A stretch of DNA of 64,000 nucleotides, from positions 360,530 through 424,529 of IMG/VR virus record IMGVR_UViG_3300017565_000001; one strand, written 5' to 3'. Origin of the DNA: a virus (taxonomy: Duplodnaviria > Heunggongvirae > Uroviricota > Caudoviricetes). The translations under genes and the position numbers were made by a program. Within the stretch, counting starts at the first letter, position 1. The number at the start of each line of letters is the position of its first letter. A model generated the notes under the pieces. That model was given only the letters and a program-made list of their open reading frames with translations, was not told the DNA's origin and ran no database searches. Positions 48,359 to 57,205 of this stretch are shown here, piece by piece.

Positions 48359-48724
48359 ATGCGCGAAGAATTCGAAAGCGGCGAAGTCGACCCCAGCAAG
48401 CCTCGTGAACCCATGACCGACAAGGAGGTGGCTGACTTCGCAAAAGCCATCTATCGCAACGAAATCTTCACCAGCTGGATGATCCGCAAAGGTGATGAGG
48501 GTCTACTTCACATGATCTTCATGCCCCTCATCTTTCTGGATGAAGTCCAACAAAAAGAATTGGTTGCCGATAAGGTGGCTCACTTCTGGGCCAAGATGTC
48601 CGAGGCTGGTCCTCGTTCCGTAAATGGCTATCCAATCTTTATGAGCTTGGGTTCGCTCACGCAGTATGATTCTGAACGCATCATTGCCAAGTACAACGAA
48701 ATTCGAGAACTGCTGGGAGACTGA
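48359..48724 (+). CDS. Hypothetical protein
   Basis: 121 aa, first gene after promoter; AGPRSVNGYPIF motif. Confidence 0.7.
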   Translation: MREEFESGEVDPSKPREPMTDKEVADFAKAIYRNEIFTSWMIRKGDEGLLHMIFMPLIFLDEVQQKELVADKVAHFWAKMSEAGPRSVNGYPIFMSLGSLTQYDSERIIAKYNEIRELLGD

Positions 48725-48725
48725 T

Positions 48726-48998
48726 ATGGCGCAATTTACCAAAGAACAATGGCGAGCGCACAAAGGCTCCTTCCATTACATGCGTCATCGCACCGATAAG
48801 CTGGCCGATATTCACCTGGACATTATCAAGAAGTGGCTGAATCTCAACGTCCAGGGATGGTGGTATTTTGACAAAAGTGGCCTCGACTCTTACCTTTATG
48901 CTTTCGAGAACGAGGCAGAAATGGTAACTTTCAAAATCTGGTTATCTGACCGCCCGTTCGAACGGGACTTCGGTGAGATAAATGGAAAAACGGTATAA
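48726..48998 (+). CDS. Hypothetical protein (small-paralogue family)
   Basis: GGAG RBS; IKKWLNLNVQGWW...YAFENEAEMVTFKIW. Confidence 0.65.
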   Translation: MAQFTKEQWRAHKGSFHYMRHRTDKLADIHLDIIKKWLNLNVQGWWYFDKSGLDSYLYAFENEAEMVTFKIWLSDRPFERDFGEINGKTV

Positions 48999-49566
48999 AA
49001 TAAAAAGAACAGACACCAACCAATTTTGGACAGGCTACGGAAGCACTTTCTCTAAGTCGGGAACCTCCTGGAAATCCCAGGAGTCCGCAGCAAACGAACT
49101 AGCAAATCAGTTAAGGTGGCGGCACAAGTCGATCCTGGATTGGATCGAACTTGCTGAAGTCGTTGAATATGAAGTTGTCGAAAATGAAGTCGGCACAATC
49201 CCTGCACAAGAATCAGTAAAAAACAGGATATTCAACAAGAAGCAAGAGACCAAATACGGCAAGGCCTTCGTGGCAGAATATGCCAAGCTTGTGAAAGAAA
49301 AGGGTGTGGGTTTCTACAAATGCGCAATTCTGGTTGACTATCGGGGTTATGAGGAGTTCAGGACCAACCTGAAGAATCTGGGCCATAGCTCACGCTGCTA
49401 CAAGAAAACAAGGAACTGGATTTGGGTTAATGACGATGATGTGATAGTCAAAGCCAAACTGCTGGGTGATTTCAAAGATTCGGTCAATTTGATTGAACTG
49501 GAAAACGCTAGGGCTGAGTTCTGCCAATCAATATTGGACGTGAACTCTATCAAAGTCCGTTACTAA
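48982..49566 (+). CDS. Hypothetical protein
   Basis: 194 aa in operon; C-terminal IWVNDDDVIVKAKL. Confidence 0.7.
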   Translation: MEKRYKIKRTDTNQFWTGYGSTFSKSGTSWKSQESAANELANQLRWRHKSILDWIELAEVVEYEVVENEVGTIPAQESVKNRIFNKKQETKYGKAFVAEYAKLVKEKGVGFYKCAILVDYRGYEEFRTNLKNLGHSSRCYKKTRNWIWVNDDDVIVKAKLLGDFKDSVNLIELENARAEFCQSILDVNSIKVRY

Positions 49567-49591
49567 ATCATGAACAACAATAAGAAAAATC

Positions 49592-50260
49592 ATGAGCAGA
49601 AAAATCGAAATCATTGGTATCTTGGGCTTCAAGGGAAGCGGTAAGGATACCGCAGCCCAAGCCCTAATCCGCGAACAGGGCTTTGAGAAGTTTGCATTTG
49701 CGGATGCACTGAAAGATACTCTGGCGGCAATGTTTTGCTGGGATCGGAAGGCGCTTGAGGGGACTACTCCCGAAAGCCGAGCATGGCGTGAAACAGTAGA
49801 CACCTGGTGGGCCAAACGTCTGAATATCCCGCATTTCACCCCCAGGTTCGCGATGACTCATGTGGGTACTGAGGTGCTTCGTAAGCATTTCCATGATGAC
49901 ATGTGGCTGGCGAATATCGAACGTCGCATTGATCTCAGCAATAGCGACAAGGTGATCATCACTGATTGCCGCTTCCCCAACGAAGCGGGTATGATTCGTC
50001 GAATGGGTGGTAAGTTCATTCGCATATTCAAGGGACCGGTGCCCAGTTTCTGGTCTCAGACTGGTGAATCAGCCAACCACCAAAAGCATCGGTACGAAGA
50101 GACAAGAGCGTATATGGCCACACACTATCCAGATGTTCACGAAAGCGAATGGGGTTGGAACCATATAACCGTTGATTGTGACATTCTGAACAACTACGGC
50201 ATTGGGGAACTGCAATCTACCATGCTACAAGCCTACAAGGGACTGTATGTTCAGTCTTGA
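49592..50260 (+). CDS. Deoxynucleoside monophosphate kinase, gp1-like
   Basis: GFKGSGKDT P-loop, FADALK, ITDCRFPNE, HESE. Confidence 0.92.
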   Translation: MSRKIEIIGILGFKGSGKDTAAQALIREQGFEKFAFADALKDTLAAMFCWDRKALEGTTPESRAWRETVDTWWAKRLNIPHFTPRFAMTHVGTEVLRKHFHDDMWLANIERRIDLSNSDKVIITDCRFPNEAGMIRRMGGKFIRIFKGPVPSFWSQTGESANHQKHRYEETRAYMATHYPDVHESEWGWNHITVDCDILNNYGIGELQSTMLQAYKGLYVQS

Positions 50261-50831
50261 TGAAAATGCGAACCTCTGCCTGAGTGGTGGAGCAGAGGGT
50301 GCTGATCTTCAATGGGGGATGTGTGCTGGATTGTTGGGACATCAAGTAATTCATTGGAGCTTTGAGGGTCACAACACTAGGGCGCCAACCAATGAAGTGG
50401 TTCGGTTAACTGATGAACAGTTGGCCGAATCCACTGACTTGATTAAGTTGGCTAGTGTTCCTCTCAAAAAGCATCCACCCAAACAGTTATTCGTCAAGCG
50501 ACTCATCCAACGCAACTATTTTCAGGTTGCTTGGAGTGAATCTGTCTATGCAGTTGCCACTATTAAGGACGGTGTCGTTCAAGGTGGTACTGCATGGGCA
50601 GTTTACATGTTCCTGAACCGAACTGATATACAGAGACCACCAGTATACGTCTACGATCAAACCAGAGCCTCGTGGTTCACTTTCGATCATGACAAGCAGG
50701 ACTGGGAAGCGATTGTGTCTCCACCGCAACCAAGGGGTATTTGGGCGGGTATTGGGACTAGGGAATTGGACCAGAATGGTAAACAAGCCATCAGGGATTT
50801 GATGGACTTCGTAAAGCCACAGATGCCCTAG
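50247..50831 (+). CDS. SLOG-superfamily (DprA/YpsA-like) protein
   Basis: LSGGAEGAD, RNYFQV, GGTAWAV, AGIGTR motifs. Confidence 0.6.
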   Translation: MFSLDENANLCLSGGAEGADLQWGMCAGLLGHQVIHWSFEGHNTRAPTNEVVRLTDEQLAESTDLIKLASVPLKKHPPKQLFVKRLIQRNYFQVAWSESVYAVATIKDGVVQGGTAWAVYMFLNRTDIQRPPVYVYDQTRASWFTFDHDKQDWEAIVSPPQPRGIWAGIGTRELDQNGKQAIRDLMDFVKPQMP

Positions 50832-50895
50832 AAGCACTGATTTCTCAGAGTCAGCATAAATACTCCAACATAGCATTGTTTGGAGGATACCCAAT

Positions 50896-53829
50896 ATGGC
50901 AAATCTAGTGAGTCCAGGCGTACAAGTTACCGTCATTGATGAGAGCTTTTACGCATCGTCTGGACCTGGCACAGTTCCTCTGATTGTGATTGCCACCCGC
51001 AGCAACAAGCCTTCGCCTACTGGCACTGGCATTGCTCCTGGTACAGTTCAAAGCGAAGTAAACAAACCATTCATCGCAACAAGTCAGCGTGAGCTGATTC
51101 AAACGTTTGGTAACCCTAATTTTGTGACCGTTCAAGGTACGCCTGTACATGGTCACGAACTGAACGAATACGGCCTCCACGCCGCTTATCAGTACCTGGG
51201 TATCAGCAACCGTGCATACGTGATGCGTGCTGACATTGACTTGGGCCAATTGGATCCAAGCGTTTCGGCTCCACGTGGTGAACCCCTGAATGGTACATAC
51301 TGGTTTGATCTGAGCGAAACACAATTCGGAGTTTTTCAAAGTTCGGGCGCGATCTCGTTGGATCCGTTCCTGAAGCAAAGCGTTCTGGTGGTTTCTAACC
51401 CTGACGAAGTCGATCAAAATACCGGTAAGCCCCTGGGTTCTCTGGGTGAGAACGGTGACTTCGCCATTGTTACTGCCGAAGCAACCAACCGCGTTTTTGA
51501 AAAGGTCCCAACTTCTAACGGTTCCCTGTGGCTTAACGTTGGCTCACGTGCTTGGACGATGTCTCGTTCCTTCGTGCGTGGTTCACAAGCTGCTGGCACT
51601 GTGGTTGTTGGTAACAGTTTTAACCTGAACAACGTGACAATCGTTCTGAACAGCACGAACTTGGGTCAAATTGTAAACGACATCAATGACGCTATTCAAG
51701 CTTCATCGGTACTGAGCGACTTGACTGATCCTCAGAATCCAATTCCTTACGTGATCGCAAGCGTTGATTCGAGTGGCTTCCTGAAGTTCAACTTCGTTCT
51801 GCCATCGATCACACTAGCTAACGTGACTGGTACTCCCCTGACTGATCTGGGTCTGGCTGCTGGTACTTTCAATGGTACTAAGCTCACATATGCCCCTCAC
51901 AACCGTGTTCCACAGAGCTCTGTTGCTGGTGACGTATGGATCAAGACCACTTCTCTGAACGGTGGTGCCAAGTATGTCGTAAAGTTCTACAATGCAACAC
52001 AAGGCCAATTCGTTACCGTAGATGCTCCATTCTACGCTGATGACGCCGCCGCATCGGTTGCGTTGGGTTCGAACCCACAAGTTGGTACTCTGTATATTCA
52101 GTACAACCCAGAAGGCACTAGCCAGCAAGCTCTGGCCGGCCAACTGATCAAGCGTTGGAACGGTTCTGTTTGGGAACAACTGTCGTACGAACAAGACGAA
52201 CAAGCTCCTACGACTGATCCCGAAGATGGTACGATGTGGTACAACGTTGATTTCCGTGCTGACATTATGGTCAATGACGGCGATCAGTGGGTTGGTTACC
52301 GCAAGATGTATCCCGCTACTGACCCCAACGGTGTTGCTCTAATGAGCGTAGCTCCTTTGGCTCAAAGCGATGAAACTCCATTGGTCGACAACGACTTGTG
52401 GTTGGACACGAGCGATCTGGAAAATTATCCAGCTCTGTATCGTTACAACGCAGCAAGCCGCCGCTGGACTCAAATCGACAATACGGATCAAACTACGCCG
52501 TTCGGTATCGTGTTTGCTGACGCTCGTGAAAACAGCGGTCCATCTTACATGGGTGCTTCGAACGACTACGTTCGCAACTCTGAAGAAATGAAGGACATGG
52601 TCCTGAGTAACTTCGTTGATCCTGATTGCGTTGATCCTCGCACATACACTGGTGGTTGCCTGTTGTTCAACACACGTTTCGGTACGTACAACGTAAAGGA
52701 ATGGAAGCCTGAGTGGTTTGCACTGGGTGGTTTTGACGACAACACAGACTTCACCTTCGAAGAGTATGAAGTGGGTGGTGGATTCTATATTGATGGCGGC
52801 CAAGCCGTGCCTATCAAGTTCCCAGCACTGGAAAAGGCTGGTCGTTGGGTTACCACAAGCGGCAATGCAGTTGATGGTTCGCCATACATGGGTCGTAAGG
52901 CTCAACGTATCATGGTCGTTAAGGCCCTGAGCGCAACTGTTGCAGCAAACGAAGACATCCGTTCGGAATTGATTTACTTCAACTTGATGGCCGTTCCTGG
53001 TTACCCAGAACTGATCGACGAGATGGTAATTCTGAACACGGACAAGAAGGAAGTCAGCTTCATCGTTGGCGACACCCCTGCTCGTTTGGCTCCAAGTGGT
53101 ACAGAAATTCAACGTTGGGCTACAAATGCCAACAACGCCGCCAGCAATGGTGACGCTGGTCTGACTTCGAGCAATCCATACATTGGTATCTACTACCCAT
53201 GGGGTTTGACAACGAACTATGACGGTAACGAAATCATGGTTCCACCTTCCACGATCGCTCTGCGTACTATGGCTTATAACGACCAAGTGTCGTATCCATG
53301 GTTTGCTCCAGCGGGCTTTACTCGTGGTCTGGTTACCAATGCAAGCTCGGTAGGTTATTTGGACGAGGAAGGTGAATACGCTCCCGTTATCCTGAATCAA
53401 GGACAACGCGATGTTCTGTACACCAACAAGATCAACCCTATCGCTTACATTCCAAACCGTGGTCTGGTTGTTTATGGTCAGAAGACACTGAACCCAGTTG
53501 ACAGTGCCTTGGATCGCGTGAACGTTGCTCGTTTGACCAACTACATGCGTTACAACCTGGACAATCTGGCTAAGCCTTTCTTGTTCGAACAAAACGATTC
53601 GCAAACACGTGACAGCTTCCGCGTTACGATTGAACGATTCCTCATGGGTCTCGTCGGTCAGCGCGCTCTGGAAGACTTCTTGGTAGTTTGTGATGAGTCG
53701 AACAATACACCAGAACGTCGTGATCGCAACGAATTGTGGGCAGATATCATGATTCAGCCAATCAAGGCTGTTGAATTCATCTACTTGCCAATTCGTATCC
53801 GTAACAGCGGTGATTCTCTGGAGTTGTAA
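50896..53829 (+). CDS. Tail sheath protein, gp18-like
   Basis: LVSPGVQVTVIDES, PWFAPAGFTRG, LYTNKINPI, SALDRVNVARL; late promoter 50856-62. Confidence 0.95.
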   Translation: MANLVSPGVQVTVIDESFYASSGPGTVPLIVIATRSNKPSPTGTGIAPGTVQSEVNKPFIATSQRELIQTFGNPNFVTVQGTPVHGHELNEYGLHAAYQYLGISNRAYVMRADIDLGQLDPSVSAPRGEPLNGTYWFDLSETQFGVFQSSGAISLDPFLKQSVLVVSNPDEVDQNTGKPLGSLGENGDFAIVTAEATNRVFEKVPTSNGSLWLNVGSRAWTMSRSFVRGSQAAGTVVVGNSFNLNNVTIVLNSTNLGQIVNDINDAIQASSVLSDLTDPQNPIPYVIASVDSSGFLKFNFVLPSITLANVTGTPLTDLGLAAGTFNGTKLTYAPHNRVPQSSVAGDVWIKTTSLNGGAKYVVKFYNATQGQFVTVDAPFYADDAAASVALGSNPQVGTLYIQYNPEGTSQQALAGQLIKRWNGSVWEQLSYEQDEQAPTTDPEDGTMWYNVDFRADIMVNDGDQWVGYRKMYPATDPNGVALMSVAPLAQSDETPLVDNDLWLDTSDLENYPALYRYNAASRRWTQIDNTDQTTPFGIVFADARENSGPSYMGASNDYVRNSEEMKDMVLSNFVDPDCVDPRTYTGGCLLFNTRFGTYNVKEWKPEWFALGGFDDNTDFTFEEYEVGGGFYIDGGQAVPIKFPALEKAGRWVTTSGNAVDGSPYMGRKAQRIMVVKALSATVAANEDIRSELIYFNLMAVPGYPELIDEMVILNTDKKEVSFIVGDTPARLAPSGTEIQRWATNANNAASNGDAGLTSSNPYIGIYYPWGLTTNYDGNEIMVPPSTIALRTMAYNDQVSYPWFAPAGFTRGLVTNASSVGYLDEEGEYAPVILNQGQRDVLYTNKINPIAYIPNRGLVVYGQKTLNPVDSALDRVNVARLTNYMRYNLDNLAKPFLFEQNDSQTRDSFRVTIERFLMGLVGQRALEDFLVVCDESNNTPERRDRNELWADIMIQPIKAVEFIYLPIRIRNSGDSLEL

Positions 53830-53847
53830 AACTTCTAGCTTGAAAGT

Positions 53848-53878
53848 AAAATGGGCATCCTTTGTGGTGCCCATTTTT
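53848..53878 (+). terminator. Intrinsic terminator after sheath gene
   Basis: AAAATGGGCATC-CTTTGT-GGTGCCCATTTTT. Confidence 0.8.
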
Positions 53879-53904
53879 ATGACTGAAAAACGAAGAAATT
53901 TCAA

Positions 53905-54555
53905 AATTGTTATTGAGGATGCTACGCTCACTCAGAACGTATTTCTACTCAACGCCCCCAATAAGAATGCAGCCATAACCCAACTCAGTTGGTTGTTCAA
54001 TCGCATGGGTGTGACTGTTGTGGGTGATTTGACTCGTCGAATCCGACGGTTTAGCATCCTGAAGGGCAAGCTGCGTGGTTCGAAGGTTACTGCTCCAGCA
54101 CGAAGCCGAAAATCTTCCAAAGGTTCACCCCGATGCACCATTTACAGTTTGGTGCCGGACAATATCTCAACCTGGGAGACCCCCAGATCATATCGTGCCA
54201 AACGTGCGATCAGAATGCGAGTTGTTGATTTGTACTACAAGAAAAAGCTTGACACGAAAGCAAAAGGCAACTAATCTAATTGTTGACCGCAAGGTATTCA
54301 GTCGAAGGAGAGCAATCTCCAGAACCCATAAGATATTCACTGGTGACTGGGAGGTGGGTGCGACCCACACTATGGCAAGCCCTCTGTCGCAGGAGGGGGT
54401 GAATATTGATCCCGAGTTTACGGGGATAGATTGAAGGGCACGTTTATCAGTTAGTTGGTCCCAACAGCAATGACTTGTCTCCGCGTCAAGGAACCAGACG
54501 GGTGATTGATAAACAAAGAATGAGCGAGTGATTTCAGTCACTCGCTCATTCACCA
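53905..54555 (+). ncRNA. Candidate large structured non-coding RNA (~640 nt), family unassigned
   Basis: More than 12 nested helices found by eye, G-U pairs favouring the + strand, two GCAA tetraloops; see findings. Confidence 0.6.
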
Positions 54556-54833
54556 TTCCTACGCTTTTCCCATAATCTCAACATACGCTCACTCTGATGA
54601 GCTTTCTCCGATTCGGTCATGGGTCGGTGCTTCTTACCCACATTTCCTTCCCGAATCTTCGCCCTAGTTTCGATTGAACGAGGCTGTCCCCAGTTTGGAT
54701 TGGCCTCACCAGTCTTTGAACGTCTGATGGCCTCAACGTGCTCAGACGTCTTCTTTTTGCCCCGTAGAGCATTCCGAATCTTGTCTTTAGTTTCTTGAGA
54801 ATGTGCCACTTTCAACCTTGTAAATGTTGTCAC
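54546..54833 (-). CDS. NUMOD3-repeat basic protein with no nuclease domain
   Basis: HSQETKDKIR, KTSEHVEAIR, GEANPNWGQPRSIETRAKIR; minus-strand late promoter 54846-52; start uncertain. Confidence 0.7.
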   Translation of the reverse strand: MTTFTRLKVAHSQETKDKIRNALRGKKKTSEHVEAIRRSKTGEANPNWGQPRSIETRAKIREGNVGKKHRPMTESEKAHQSERMLRLWEKRRNGE

Positions 54834-54899
54834 TTATTCATTTGATATTTAGCAATAAATACAGATGAATATATTCATCCTTTGTAAGGAGATTTCTCT

Positions 54900-55484
54900 A
54901 TGACAACCCTATCAAGGTTTGGCGTTCCACTTGGCGGCGGTGCAGGCCGTGGTGGTATGCTTCAGCCCAAGGTAAAGTGGAAGTTCCGCGTTCGTGTTGT
55001 TAACTTTGGTCCCATCGCTGGTGGTATCGAGTTGACACAAAACGTCATGTCGGCAACTCGTCCAACTTTCCAACAGAGTGAACAAGCAGTTCACTCGTAC
55101 AACTCGGTCGGTTACTATGGTGGTAAGCCACAATGGAACACGGTAGACATTGAAGCTCGTGATGATGTGACTAACACATTGAGCAAGCTAGTCGGTCACC
55201 AAGTCCAGAAGCAACAGAACCACTTTGAACAAACCAGCCCACTCGCTGCCAGCAACTACAAGTTCCAGATGTATTTGGAAACTCTGGATGGTGGTAACGA
55301 TGCCGTTATTGAACAATGGTTCCTGGAAGGTTGCTTCCTGACCAACGTCAACTATAGCAACTTTGATTACAGCAGCAGTGACATGGTTACTGTTTCGATG
55401 ACGGTTCGTTACGACATCGCTACTCAAAGCGGCGGCCTCATGCCTCTTCTGCCACAACTCGCCACTGGCGTCATGTTGGGTTAA
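54900..55484 (+). CDS. Tail tube protein, gp19-like
   Basis: LQPKVKWKFRV, YYGGKPQW, EQWFLEGCF...VRYD; after sheath; late promoter 54855-61, AAGGAG RBS. Confidence 0.88.
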   Translation: MTTLSRFGVPLGGGAGRGGMLQPKVKWKFRVRVVNFGPIAGGIELTQNVMSATRPTFQQSEQAVHSYNSVGYYGGKPQWNTVDIEARDDVTNTLSKLVGHQVQKQQNHFEQTSPLAASNYKFQMYLETLDGGNDAVIEQWFLEGCFLTNVNYSNFDYSSSDMVTVSMTVRYDIATQSGGLMPLLPQLATGVMLG

Positions 55485-55487
55485 GAT

Positions 55488-56771
55488 ATGGCTGTATATC
55501 AGGATCAGTTTGGCAACCCTCTTATGCAGCGATCGCCCTCACAGGCGGTCCGCATATTTGGGTTGGATCAAGACGCGTTTCTGGGCGTCCCCGGTGGGGG
55601 CGCTTCAGTTGGACCACCACGTCCCAAATTCCTATTCGTTGTTCGATTTATTCGAGGAGCGGGTGAAGGTAATGCCAAGTGGAAAGATGGTCTGTCATTT
55701 GCGGTTCGATCGTTTGATCGTCCTCGCATTCAACCACAAACGCAAGAGTTCAATCAGTATAACAAGAAGCGATTGGTCCACACCGGCGTAAAGTTTGGTG
55801 GGGTAAACGTTGACTTCTACGATACCGTTGACTCAGTTGTTTCGTACATGTGGAATGAATACGCCGCTTATCACTTCGGTGATTTCCGCCGCCAAACTGA
55901 TACTGATTGGAAATACGATGCCACCTATGAGCAATTTTACAACTCGGGTAACCGAGGCTTTGGTGTAACTTTGCCTGGTGGTATCAGCTCGTCGGATACT
56001 GAAGCTGGATTCTTCTTTGAAAAAGTCGAATGCTATCAGTTCTTTGGTGGACTGTACACACAGTTTGATTTGATTCACCCCAAAATTACATCGTTCGATC
56101 CTGATTCGATGGAATATGAAAATAGTGGATCAAACGGTATTCGTATGAGTATGGAATATGAAACCGTCATCTACCATAATGGATTGATTCCTGCTCCCAT
56201 CGTCACGAACGAAGAGTTGGTTGGTCTCTATGGTAATCAACTGGATGGTAACGTATACGAACCACCAGGTTCATATCAACGTAATATCTTTCAGAATCTC
56301 AGTACTCAAGCCAACGGTGTCAACAACCTGGTAAGAAGTGTTGGTCGTCTGATTGGAAGCGAATCACTGGCTGGTGCTGAAGTTATTCCTGCAAATGTCA
56401 CTAAGGGCTTGGGTGTTCTGAGTTCCTTTGGTGTATTCGACTTCGGTGGAGGTGTGGATCAAATCTTGTCGCCTATCACCGGTTCATTGGCTCAAATTGC
56501 CAATACTGACTTTTCAACACTGGGTCGTAATGGTGCAACCATCCTGCAAACTAGCCAAAGTGGTATCAATGCAGCGAAGTTTGATGTTGCTGCCGGCCAA
56601 GCCCAGAAAGCTCTTGGTCCCAACGCACAGACACAGGCTGGTCTCACTGCCGCATATGCAGAAAGCCAGATTAACGGAACTCCACTTCTGACTGTAATGA
56701 ATAACAGTCGTCCCAGTTCAAGTCAAATTGGATTCAGGACAACACCACCCACTCAACCACCATTGCTATGA
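55488..56771 (+). CDS. Tail-tube-fold protein (second tube-like/baseplate tube component)
   Basis: PKFLFVVRF, FNQYNKKR, LIHPKITSF...MEYE tube-like pattern. Confidence 0.55.
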   Translation: MAVYQDQFGNPLMQRSPSQAVRIFGLDQDAFLGVPGGGASVGPPRPKFLFVVRFIRGAGEGNAKWKDGLSFAVRSFDRPRIQPQTQEFNQYNKKRLVHTGVKFGGVNVDFYDTVDSVVSYMWNEYAAYHFGDFRRQTDTDWKYDATYEQFYNSGNRGFGVTLPGGISSSDTEAGFFFEKVECYQFFGGLYTQFDLIHPKITSFDPDSMEYENSGSNGIRMSMEYETVIYHNGLIPAPIVTNEELVGLYGNQLDGNVYEPPGSYQRNIFQNLSTQANGVNNLVRSVGRLIGSESLAGAEVIPANVTKGLGVLSSFGVFDFGGGVDQILSPITGSLAQIANTDFSTLGRNGATILQTSQSGINAAKFDVAAGQAQKALGPNAQTQAGLTAAYAESQINGTPLLTVMNNSRPSSSQIGFRTTPPTQPPLL

Positions 56772-57205
56772 CAAAGTACAGTCAAGGTGAATTCGCACCC
56801 ACGAACACCCAGAAATACATCGGTAAGTTTCCTATAACTTACCGTTCATCCTGGGAACTCAGCATGATGCGTGTCCTGGACTTGCATCCAAACGTCACAC
56901 AATGGGCGAGTGAATCTATAAGTATCCCATATCAACATCCACTGACTGGTAAGTGGACGTTCTATATTCCTGACTTTCTGATCGTTTTTGTTGATAAGAA
57001 TGGCAACAAGCGGGCAGAAATTATTGAAATCAAACCCCTGAAAGAAGCTGTGGTAGAAAAGGCCAAATCCAAGAAGGATAAATTGGTATTAGCAGTCAAC
57101 CAAGCGAAATGGGCCGCAGCAATTGCGTGGTGTCATAAAAATGGCATGACCTTTCGCGTTATGACTGAGGAACAGCTTTTTAGACAACCGGGAAGTAAGA
57201 AATGA
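56768..57205 (+). CDS. Head completion nuclease, gp4-like
   Basis: KYIG...YRSSWE...WASE...YIPDF...EIKP...NQAKW. Confidence 0.9.
   Translation: MTKYSQGEFAPTNTQKYIGKFPITYRSSWELSMMRVLDLHPNVTQWASESISIPYQHPLTGKWTFYIPDFLIVFVDKNGNKRAEIIEIKPLKEAVVEKAKSKKDKLVLAVNQAKWAAAIAWCHKNGMTFRVMTEEQLFRQPGSKK

Noticed and set aside
31418-50848. 14-nt inverted match CTGAGAAATCAGTG (31418) / CACTGATTTCTCAG (50835)
   Set aside because: Only two copies, one inside a terminator; cannot distinguish from chance or a terminator remnant.
52339-53931. 530-aa antisense ORF opposite the sheath gene (also 30118..31149 opposite the capsid gene and similar shadows)
   Set aside because: Mirror frames of highly biased genes; no RBS or recognisable motifs.
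53771-54274. 167-aa + strand ORF (or 131 aa from ATG 53879) after the sheath
   Set aside because: Start lies in the terminator T-tract with no RBS, composition is atypical, and the region is better explained by RNA structure. Not fully excluded.
54188-54556. 122-aa minus-strand ORF following the NUMOD3 gene
   Set aside because: Begins at a strong hairpin, has no recognisable motifs and is antisense to the structured region. Not fully excluded.
54594-54620. CTGATGAG hammerhead-like core (also CTGATGA at 27051)
   Set aside because: No stem II followed by GAAA and no matching cleavage-site arm.
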